Shown here: positions 37,315 through 43,756 of the stretch, piece by piece
Position numbering within the stretch: position 1 is the stretch's first letter
How the letters are laid out: each line of letters starts with the position of its first letter
Origin: Limisphaerales bacterium
GTDB taxonomy: Bacteria; Verrucomicrobiota; Verrucomicrobiia; Limisphaerales; PALSA-1396
Assembly (NCBI GenBank): GCA_003140275.1
Contig: PLJQ01000069.1
Location: forward strand, 1 to 44,161
DNA length: 44,161 bases
Direction of reading: 5' to 3'
Made by a program: the position numbers and the translations under genes
The notes under the pieces: model-generated
Told to the model about the DNA's origin: nothing
What the model saw: the letters and a program-made list of their open reading frames with translations, nothing else
The model's database searches: none

Positions 37315-38766
37315 CTATCGGTTCTGCGCCTGGGCGGACCGTCTGTTTTGTTCAGCGAGTTGCACCTGTCCGTTCATTTCGTCGTAGAACGCTTTCAATC
37401 GTTTGACCACGTCGGGATGTTGGCCGGCGACGTCGTGTTGTTCGGCCGCATCGGATTCCAGATCAAACAACGACATCGCCTTGGTTTCGTCGCCGGTCAA
37501 CACGCCGGGATATTGACTGGGGTGAGCCTGCTCAAACGGCGCAAGAATCGTGACCCCGTCCGGTGCGCGTTGATCGATCCATTTTTCGTCGGGCTTCCAC
37601 TGCTTTGGCTTGTTGGGTGCAATTACGTGCAGTTTCCACTGGCCGCTGCGGACCGTGTAAAGCTTCGGGCCTTGCATCGCGAACAGCGCTTCATGCGGAC
37701 TTTTTGCATTGGAAGTCAGCAATGGGAAAATGTCTTTGCCGTCGATGACGCGGTCTTGGGGAATCGGAATCCCGGCGGCGGTCAGCACCGTCACGAAGAT
37801 GTCAATCATGATGGCCGGTTCGTGGCCGACGTGGCCGGCGGGGATTTTTCCAGGCCACCGCGCAATCAACGGTTCGCGGATGCCGCCTTCCCACGTGTTG
37901 CTCTTCATGCCGCGCAAGCCGCCCGTGCTGCCGCCGTACCACGGACCGTTGTCGCTGGTGAAAATGACGAGCGTCTTCTCGTCCAACCCAAGCTCCTTCA
38001 GCTTCGCGAGAATCTGGCCGACGCTCCAATCCAGTTCCGTCACCGCGTCGCCGTAAAGTCCGCCGCCGCTTTTCTTGTAAAAGGACTCCGATGCGGCCAG
38101 CGGCTTGTGCGGCATCGCTTCCGGAAAATAAATGAAAAACGGTCGCTTGCGATTGCGCTCGATGAAAGCCAGCGCGCGTTCGGTGTAGCGTTTGGTGAGC
38201 GTCGCCTGGACGACCGGATACTCCACGACCTTCTCGCCGTCGAGCACCTGCACGGGCCGCATATCATTGCTGTAAAGGATGCCCAAGTATTCATCAAAAC
38301 CATGGCGCGTTGGATAGAATTCCGGCTTGTGGCCGAGATGCCACTTGCCGATACAGATGGTTTTGTAGCCTGCTTTCTGGAACGCCTGGCCGAGGGTGAT
38401 TTCGGATGCCGGAATGCCAATGTTGTTGATGCCCGCGTCCGGCGCGGGATTGTTCACGATACCACTGCGGAATTGATACCGCCCGGTCATCAGTGCCGCC
38501 CGAGATGGCGCGCAATATGGGCATGCGCTGTAAAATTGCGTCAGCCGCGCGCCTTCATTCGCCATGCGATCGAGATTCGGGGTCTTGAATTGCGGATGCC
38601 CATAACAGCCGAGATCGCCGTAACCCAGGTCATCGGCAAGAATTACAATGACGTTCGGTTTGCCGGTGGCAGCGGCCAATTTTTCCCCGGCGTTAAAAAA
38701 TGCGGTAAAGATGAGCAGGTTAGCCGCCATCAAACGCAACCGTTTCAGGAATGGCTTCGATTTCAT
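37315..38766 (-). CDS. Formylglycine-dependent sulfatase (arylsulfatase family), secreted
   Basis: The metal-binding block is VILADDLGYGDLGCYG. The signature is CPYCAPSRAALMTGRY, with a downstream GKWHLGH block. Confidence 0.9.
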   Translation of the reverse strand: MKSKPFLKRLRLMAANLLIFTAFFNAGEKLAAATGKPNVIVILADDLGYGDLGCYGHPQFKTPNLDRMANEGARLTQFYSACPYCAPSRAALMTGRYQFRSGIVNNPAPDAGINNIGIPASEITLGQAFQKAGYKTICIGKWHLGHKPEFYPTRHGFDEYLGILYSNDMRPVQVLDGEKVVEYPVVQATLTKRYTERALAFIERNRKRPFFIYFPEAMPHKPLAASESFYKKSGGGLYGDAVTELDWSVGQILAKLKELGLDEKTLVIFTSDNGPWYGGSTGGLRGMKSNTWEGGIREPLIARWPGKIPAGHVGHEPAIMIDIFVTVLTAAGIPIPQDRVIDGKDIFPLLTSNAKSPHEALFAMQGPKLYTVRSGQWKLHVIAPNKPKQWKPDEKWIDQRAPDGVTILAPFEQAHPSQYPGVLTGDETKAMSLFDLESDAAEQHDVAGQHPDVVKRLKAFYDEMNGQVQLAEQNRRSAQAQNR

Positions 38767-38810
38767 AAGTCGAGAAAAGTTTATTTCGCGTCGGCGCTCG
38801 CTGTCACGGC

Positions 38811-39953
38811 TTAATCACGCTTTCGGCTCGCGAGAAACTCTGTGATGAGCGCTGCCGCCGTTTCGTCGCAAGCCTTTGCCGCTTCGTCGCCGCCTTGATT
38901 GGTCGCCACCAGCACCGCGAAGTCGCGCAATGGTGCCATCCAGACGACAGCGAAGTTTTGATTGTTGCTGCCGTTGTGTGTCAGAACGCGTCCGCCGCCC
39001 CAGTTGCGATTCGCGACTCCCCAGCCGAACGCGTAATCGCCCCCGAACATCGGCGTGTGCAGCTTTCTGAAAGTTTCTGGCTTCAACAGGCCGACCCGGT
39101 TCGTCTCGCCGCGCACGTGGACGGCGGCGTATTTCGCCCAGTCTCCAAGCGAACAATGCACCGTTCCGGCCGGGCCGATGACCGGAGGATTGTCGCTGCG
39201 CGGGCCGGGAGCGATGGCGTGATGGTTCGTTCCTTCCAGCGTGTGTTGCCAGGGCTGATCAATTTTACCGGGCGTGCCCATGGCGCCGAATCCCGCGCTG
39301 GTCATTCCCAGCGGCTTGAACAACATTCGCGTCATCAGGTCTTCCCACGAAGCGTTCATTGCTTTTTCAGCCATCGCGCCGGCGACGACGTAACCCATGT
39401 TGGAATAAATGTGTTTTTCTCCCGGCCTGGCCTCTGGCGGTGAGCGCAGCGCCAGCTCGAGGTAAGCTCGTCGCTGTTCGCGCCGCGTGCCGGGAAGGTT
39501 GTGCAGGTCGGGAAACGTTTTACCCGGTGGCAGGGTTTCGTGAGGAAACCCGCCGCGATGCGAGAGAAGTTGTTCCAGCGTCACGTCCTGATATTGCGGC
39601 TGCATCGACGAGCTGAGTTCCGGGAAAACGTTCGCGATGGTTGTATCCCAGGAGAGCCGGCCTTGTTCCACCAACAGGCCAATCAGCGTGGCGGTCATCG
39701 ACTTGGTGCATGATCCGATGTGGAAGGGGTCAGCGCTCGTGACCTTGACATGCTCGCCGTATTTTCGAAAGCCGACGGCGCCGATTGCAACGGTGCGTCC
39801 GCCCTGCACCACCGCTGCCGCCAACGCCGGCAGATCATGTTGCTTGCGAATCGGATCGAGCAACCGGTCAATGTCTTCGTTCGGCGCCGCACCCCGCGAA
39901 GAGATTGTGAGCAGATTAAAAATGCCAAGGAAGAGAAGAAGACTGCTCCTCAT
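38811..39953 (-). CDS. Beta-lactamase-family serine hydrolase (class C / PBP4*-like), secreted
   Basis: The start is taken at MRSSLLLFLGIFNLLTISSRGAAP (signal peptide). The S-x-x-K motif is in FHIGSCTKSMTATLIG, and a YSN motif is in HIYSNMGY. The listed ORF start at 40112 is an Arg/Pro-rich extension. Confidence 0.85.
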   Translation of the reverse strand: MRSSLLLFLGIFNLLTISSRGAAPNEDIDRLLDPIRKQHDLPALAAAVVQGGRTVAIGAVGFRKYGEHVKVTSADPFHIGSCTKSMTATLIGLLVEQGRLSWDTTIANVFPELSSSMQPQYQDVTLEQLLSHRGGFPHETLPPGKTFPDLHNLPGTRREQRRAYLELALRSPPEARPGEKHIYSNMGYVVAGAMAEKAMNASWEDLMTRMLFKPLGMTSAGFGAMGTPGKIDQPWQHTLEGTNHHAIAPGPRSDNPPVIGPAGTVHCSLGDWAKYAAVHVRGETNRVGLLKPETFRKLHTPMFGGDYAFGWGVANRNWGGGRVLTHNGSNNQNFAVVWMAPLRDFAVLVATNQGGDEAAKACDETAAALITEFLASRKRD

Positions 39954-40116
39954 GGAGCCTGCGGCGGCAACGTTTTCCCTTCCGGCCCTCATCCTCGGGG
40001 GAGGGCGTGAGCTGGTCCACTTGCGCTCGGGCCTTCGCCACCGCAACACTCGTTGTTTCATGGGCGGGCTGCCGCGCCCGTCCGAATTCAGTTGGGAAAT
40101 CCGCGCGTTCATGGAT

Positions 40117-40566
40117 TCATGAACTGGATTGGAGTTTCGTTTTGACGCGGTTCAACAACTCCTGATACGGCCCGCGTCTGTAGTGGATTGGCTGCGCTTC
40201 TTCCACGGAACGGTCGCCCACATCGCGCACCATGAATGCCTCGCAGTGCAGCAAATGTGTGCCGTTGTTCTGGACATCGACGTGGATAATCACGCGGATC
40301 GTCACACCGGAGTCCCAGCCACCGTAAGCCAGGTTGTTCACCGCGCCGCCGGGCTTTTCAAAGGTCGCCGCCAGAACGGAATTAGTCTTCAAGCGATAGC
40401 CGTTTTCCTTGAAAACCTCGACCGTCGCCTGCCTGATTTCGGCACCCGTGCGTCCGTCAATCTCCACCCAGGCGAGACTGCCCTGGCCCGCTGGTGGCGG
40501 CGTCTGACAACCGGCCAGGAACAACAATGCAAGCAGCAGACCCAGGAGGAAGATAAAAGATTTCAT
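40117..40566 (-). CDS. Hypothetical lipoprotein
   Basis: The lipobox is in MKSFIFLLGLLLALLFLAGC|QTPP. I recognise no family. Confidence 0.7.
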   Translation of the reverse strand: MKSFIFLLGLLLALLFLAGCQTPPPAGQGSLAWVEIDGRTGAEIRQATVEVFKENGYRLKTNSVLAATFEKPGGAVNNLAYGGWDSGVTIRVIIHVDVQNNGTHLLHCEAFMVRDVGDRSVEEAQPIHYRRGPYQELLNRVKTKLQSSS

Positions 40567-40572
40567 GCGGTT

Positions 40573-40773
40573 TCACTTGGTGCGATTTAACAGTTCTGAT
40601 GCGGGTTCATCGGCGGGGTTTTGGGGGACGAGTTTGCCCGCGAAGGCGCGGGCGAGGAGGGAGGACGTGAGCTTGCAGACTTGCCCGCGCGCCTTGGCCA
40701 ACCGCACTTCAAGCTGGTTGGCCAGCGCAAACAATCCCTCCACTCGCCGCACGATTTCCTGTTCTTCAACCAT
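40573..40773 (-). pseudogene. hsdS: hsdS C-terminal conserved-region fragment (66 codons)
   Basis: MVEEQEIVRRVEGLFALANQLEVRLAKARGQVCKLTSSLLARAFAGKLVPQNPADEPASELL aligns almost residue-for-residue with the tail of the intact HsdS at 41590-42921 (LPEQQVIVRRVEGLFALADQLEVRLAKARGQVGKLTPSLLALAFAGQLVPQDLSDEPAEKLL). No target-recognition domain precedes it. Confidence 0.65.
40621..40763. repeat. Direct repeat, distal copy (hsdS 3' conserved region)
   Basis: This 143-nt stretch matches 41668-41810 with about a dozen mismatches by hand count (roughly 92%). Weaker similarity continues to about 40590 / 41637. Confidence 0.85.
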
Positions 40774-41587
40774 CTTCCGCTCCTGAAATGTTTGTGCCCG
40801 TTCCAGAGCCGATAATGAATTCGGCCGACGATAACTGTCCTGACGATGACACAGACAAGTTTGCTCTCACTTGTTTAGTCACGTCGTAGTTCAAATTCTT
40901 CACGGCAGCGTTCCATGACACTGGCCTCCAACCATGCTTCGCTGGCATGCTCTTTCGGAGATCTGCAAAGCACCGCTCCAACCGCGCTTCGAGTTCGCGC
41001 AGTATCTTTGAGACTCCCGTGGAAACGAACTCAAAGTCGGTAGATTTAAGTTCTTGCCAGAGCATTTTATCGTTCCAGTGCTTTGGCGTTTCTCCTAGTG
41101 CTGGAACAGCGAGAGCGTTGTAAACCCACTTCATTGGGACTTTAGGCCCGTGCAGCACGATGTGTCGATCCTTCCAATACTCGTCAAAAGGCTTGAGCAA
41201 GTCGGGCCTGTCCAATTCTCCCGCGACAGCTTTCACCATGTCATGTATTCGGCCCATGTGTGAATGGAACGCCATCCAAAGATTGAGGTTCTGCGCATAG
41301 CTCCTGAAGCCCGTAATCTCGGTGATTTTGTGCAGGTCGTCCTCGATCTCCCAACATAGGGCAAGGCTCTCCAGAATTGTGTAAATGCGCTGCCATTGCT
41401 TTTCACGTGAATCGAGGACCTCCCGCTCCACGCCAGCCATCGGTAGCGCGTGTGCATGCCCATCATTGCCGATATATTCCGCCCAGACTTTCGCATAGGA
41501 GGGGATCACCGCCGCAATCCGGTCAGCAAATTGTTGCTCAACCAAGTCACCGTCTGATTTCAGTTTTACAATTGTTTCTTCCGACAT
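40766..41587 (-). CDS. Uncharacterised 273-aa protein embedded in the type I R-M locus; candidate HEPN-like (R-x4-H) defence effector
   Basis: The start is taken at MSEETIVKLKSDG (ATG 41585-41587), 2 nt after the hsdS stop. The composition looks helical. There is a single KDRHIVLHG motif (R141..H146, nt 41150-41167). The C-terminal tail is Ser/Gly-rich. Calling it a CDS is fairly safe, but the functional label is an inference. Confidence 0.65.
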   Translation of the reverse strand: MSEETIVKLKSDGDLVEQQFADRIAAVIPSYAKVWAEYIGNDGHAHALPMAGVEREVLDSREKQWQRIYTILESLALCWEIEDDLHKITEITGFRSYAQNLNLWMAFHSHMGRIHDMVKAVAGELDRPDLLKPFDEYWKDRHIVLHGPKVPMKWVYNALAVPALGETPKHWNDKMLWQELKSTDFEFVSTGVSKILRELEARLERCFADLRKSMPAKHGWRPVSWNAAVKNLNYDVTKQVRANLSVSSSGQLSSAEFIIGSGTGTNISGAEDG

Positions 41588-41589
41588 GG

Positions 41590-42921
41590 CTAATTGGCGT
41601 TTCGTTTCGAGTTTGTTTCGACACCGATGCACTCCAACAATTTCTCGGCTGGTTCGTCGCTGAGGTCTTGGGGGACGAGTTGGCCGGCGAAGGCGAGGGC
41701 GAGGAGGGAGGGCGTGAGTTTCCCCACTTGCCCGCGCGCCTTGGCCAACCGCACCTCAAGCTGGTCGGCAAGCGCAAACAATCCCTCCACTCGCCGCACG
41801 ATTACCTGTTGCTCGGGGAGCGGACAAATTCTGACTTCCAGTTTCCGAAGCTGCGTCGTGTTGATTCGTGGGCGAGTTGCACCGTGAACCTCCTCGACCA
41901 ACGTGTTGTAGGATTTCTGGCTGATGAGTTGGAAAACGAGATATTGCCGGTCAACCAATTCCAGATTCGGGCGCAAACAGAAACAGTCAGCTTTAGCGAC
42001 GGCCTTCGTTGACAACTTGGGCAGCACGCAAGCACGCACTTCTTCGGAGATGAACGAGGCGAAGATGATGTCTCCCTCACCCACCGTATGCCTTTTCAGC
42101 GTCTCGTATTTCTCCCGACTGATGAACGTCTCCTTCTCGCCGATAAACCGAAGCTGCCCGATGTTCTCCAAACGAACCACACGGACGCCAGACTCTGTGT
42201 AGTCGTCGCTTTTTAAATTCGAGCCGAACGGGCCGTCGAAGATTCCGCCCTTTGGAATGAGGTCTTCAACGGTTGTTTTTCGCCAGCCACGCGGCAGTTC
42301 ATCGTCTTGTAGGGTGTCCTCGGTTGGATTCTCCTCCCGCCAATCGGCGGTGAGGCGGCCGGAGCAGGCGGCGGCGAGGACGGATTGGCGAAAGCGCTTG
42401 AGCAGGACGGGAATCTTCGCCAGCCGCCGTTGGCTGGCGTCCACTTTGCCCAACAGCGTCTCCAGCTTCGCCACAATCCGCCGCTGCTCGGTGAGCGGAG
42501 CGAGGCGAACGGGAATCCGATTCATTGCTCCCTGCGTTAGCTTGAGGCGTGTCGTTCCATTCACGTATTCGTGAAAATCGAACCGATCCAGGAAGTGCTT
42601 GAGATACTGATTTGAAGAAACTCCCGACTTGGCGCTGAGAACGTGGGCATGGTTGTTAACCCAACTCTTGCCCCGAATGATGTAGGCGATGGGTTTTGAC
42701 TTGTCGAAGAATGGCGCACCGTCTTCGCCGATTAGCAAAAGCTCCGCATCGAACAAAGCTTTATCAATCCAACCAACTTGCCCTGTCGCGCCGTAGTAGG
42801 GCACATCACCTTCGCGCTTGGCACGTTCGTCTGAGTTAACGGGCACTCGCTGGTTATCGAGAACGTCCACACATTCTCGCAACTCGACTTCAGCCCACCC
42901 ATTCGGAAGCTCGTCGCTCAT
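41590..42921 (-). CDS. hsdS: Type I restriction-modification specificity subunit HsdS (two TRDs)
   Basis: The N-terminus reads LPNGWAEVELRECVDVLDNQRVPV. The central conserved helix is PLTEQRRIVAKLETLLGKVDASQRRLAKI...FRQSVLAAACSGRLT. The second TRD begins LPRGWRKTTVEDL. The C-terminal conserved helix is PLPEQQVIVRRVEGLFALADQLEVRLAKA. Confidence 0.9.
   Translation of the reverse strand: MSDELPNGWAEVELRECVDVLDNQRVPVNSDERAKREGDVPYYGATGQVGWIDKALFDAELLLIGEDGAPFFDKSKPIAYIIRGKSWVNNHAHVLSAKSGVSSNQYLKHFLDRFDFHEYVNGTTRLKLTQGAMNRIPVRLAPLTEQRRIVAKLETLLGKVDASQRRLAKIPVLLKRFRQSVLAAACSGRLTADWREENPTEDTLQDDELPRGWRKTTVEDLIPKGGIFDGPFGSNLKSDDYTESGVRVVRLENIGQLRFIGEKETFISREKYETLKRHTVGEGDIIFASFISEEVRACVLPKLSTKAVAKADCFCLRPNLELVDRQYLVFQLISQKSYNTLVEEVHGATRPRINTTQLRKLEVRICPLPEQQVIVRRVEGLFALADQLEVRLAKARGQVGKLTPSLLALAFAGQLVPQDLSDEPAEKLLECIGVETNSKRNAN
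41668..41810. repeat. Direct repeat, proximal copy (inside the 3' end of the intact hsdS)
   Basis: See 40621-40763. The two copies are 1047 nt apart and in the same orientation. Confidence 0.85.
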
Positions 42922-42945
42922 TTCCCCACGCCTCCGTTCGTGCTT

Positions 42946-43144
42946 GTCCCGCAGGGGCGCCCGAAAATAGCCCAGCGATTTATCGCTGGGTTAACGTGCC
43001 CCCAAATCCTCCAAGCCCCCGAGGGGCGAAAGAAAATGTCGGAGAACAAATCCGGGTTCTGTCGTCCCCGACGGGACTCGTGCCGTTTTCGCACCGAAAC
43101 CCACCGTTGAAACGGTGGGCTATTTTCGTTCGTCCCTACGGGAC
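42946..43144. repeat. REP/MITE-like element: two inverted ~85-nt hairpin-rich units
   Basis: Unit 1 (plus orientation, from 42946) reads gtcccgcaggggcgcccgaaaatagCCCAGCGAtttaTCGCTGGGtt... Unit 2 (minus orientation, from 43144) reads gtcccgtagggacgaacgaaaatagCCCACCGTttcaACGGTGGGtt... The 8-bp stems at 42971-42990 and 43100-43119 differ at two positions with compensatory changes. Extra 5-bp GC hairpins lie at 43015-43027, 43064-43077 and 43132-43144. Confidence 0.65.
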
Positions 43145-43162
43145 GTTGAAAGCGAGCAAGGT

Positions 43163-43471
43163 TCATACGCGTTTCTTCCAATGGCGGTCATGCCGGGCGG
43201 CATGGAGCACGGCGGCAATAACCACGAGGTTTTCCGTTTCGATGACTTCGTAAATCACGCGATAAGGAAAGCGCTGCGGGTAGCGCCAACGGATATTCTT
43301 CCGAGGGTGCTGTCGGCAGTTCAGAAGCGGGTTGTCCGCCAGTGCGTCGAGAACCTGAATCAGCGCCTCGCGGAATTCAGTGCCCAGTCCTTCCTGCCGG
43401 GCTTCATACCATTCAGCAGCGTCGGCGATGTCGCCTTGCGCTTCCGGGCGAACCACCACGCGCCAGTTCAT
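43163..43471 (-). CDS. Type II toxin, ParE/RelE superfamily
   Basis: The sequence MNWRVVVRPEAQGDIADAAEWYEARQEGLGTEF...FPYRVIYEVIETENLVVIAAVLHAARHD fits the ParE-like pattern (..A..Dl..i..y... / .PY.iiY.v....v.i.av.H..r.). It is about 100 aa and overlaps the upstream antitoxin by 4 nt. Confidence 0.8.
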   Translation of the reverse strand: MNWRVVVRPEAQGDIADAAEWYEARQEGLGTEFREALIQVLDALADNPLLNCRQHPRKNIRWRYPQRFPYRVIYEVIETENLVVIAAVLHAARHDRHWKKRV

Positions 43472-43677
43472 GTTTGAGAGCGAAGGCGGCGCTTCATTTC
43501 TTCCAGCGGCACGGAGGAATCGGGATTGGCCCGGTGAGCCGCCAGACGAGATTCGACCAGCGCCTCGTCGGCTTCCGAGAGTGGCAGGTCTTCCAGTTCC
43601 AACAGCTTGCCGAACACGGCCCGGCGCTCGGTCTCTGTCAGCTTGGGCAGTTCGTTGATGATTTCGGTCGCGCTCAT
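43468..43677 (-). CDS. Antitoxin, 'putative addiction module component' family
   Basis: It is 69 aa and reads MSATEIINELPKLTETERRAVFGKLLELEDLPLSEADEALVESRLAAHRANPDSSVPLEEM. That matches the typical L..L...ER..L...L..SL... / R......p......eev layout. It has an ATGA overlap with the toxin gene. Confidence 0.75.
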   Translation of the reverse strand: MSATEIINELPKLTETERRAVFGKLLELEDLPLSEADEALVESRLAAHRANPDSSVPLEEMKRRLRSQT

Positions 43678-43683
43678 GGTTGA

Positions 43684-43712
43684 AATCTAACCGGTAGGCT
43701 GGGGATTGTCAG
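43684..43712 (-). promoter_or_regulatory. Possible sigma70-type promoter for the TA pair (and possibly hsdS)
   Basis: The minus strand reads CTGACA-17 nt-TAGATT, then 6 nt (tcaacc), then the antitoxin ATG. The -35 element is at 43707-43712 and the -10 element at 43684-43689. This is a consensus match only. Confidence 0.25.
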
Positions 43713-43756
43713 GATGAAATTTCTCACTTTCTCACTCACCCACTTTCCCACATGCC

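Noticed and set aside
37228-38814. 528-aa plus-strand ORF spanning the whole second sulfatase gene. Similar long antisense ORFs are 21199-22815 (538 aa), 29413-30951 (512 aa), 31298-32512 (404 aa), 5602-6540 (312 aa), 27931-28851 (306 aa), 16018-16887 (289 aa), 36351-37103, 33397-34164 and 10115-10792.
   Set aside because: In every case the opposite strand encodes a protein with unmistakable family signatures (a sulfatase CxPSR motif, ABC Walker motifs, and so on). The shadow ORF is Arg/Gly/Ala/His-rich low-information sequence. Long antisense ORFs are expected in GC-rich genes with strong codon bias. I saw no motif suggesting genuine overlapping genes.
38811-40112. N-terminal extensions of several listed ORFs: 38811-40112, 13281-14261, 11038-11400, 3225-4694, 17634-20837, 31301-32575, 35751-37247, 824-1519, 1450-1956, 2388-2894 and 40766-41632
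   Set aside because: The extensions are Arg/Pro-rich or overlap the upstream gene. In each case an internal Met gives a proper signal peptide, prepilin leader or Walker-containing N-terminus, and often an ATGA stop-start overlap with the upstream gene. I used the internal starts. These start calls remain predictions.
40117-40566. Considered whether the lipoprotein next to the hsdS fragment is part of the defence islet
   Set aside because: It has a normal lipobox and resembles no defence family I know. Its composition looks like the flanking chromosomal genes, so it more likely marks the islet boundary.
42918-43181. 87-aa minus-strand ORF filling the toxin-hsdS gap, with a tempting 4-nt overlap with the hsdS start
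   Set aside because: The ORF is a read-through of the REP/MITE-like hairpin doublet. Peptides such as ..PPFQRWVSV.. and ..PAINRWAIFGRPCGT.. are translations of the two inverted repeat units. It also overlaps the toxin's 3' end by 19 nt. It is more likely noncoding, though conservation analysis could overturn this.
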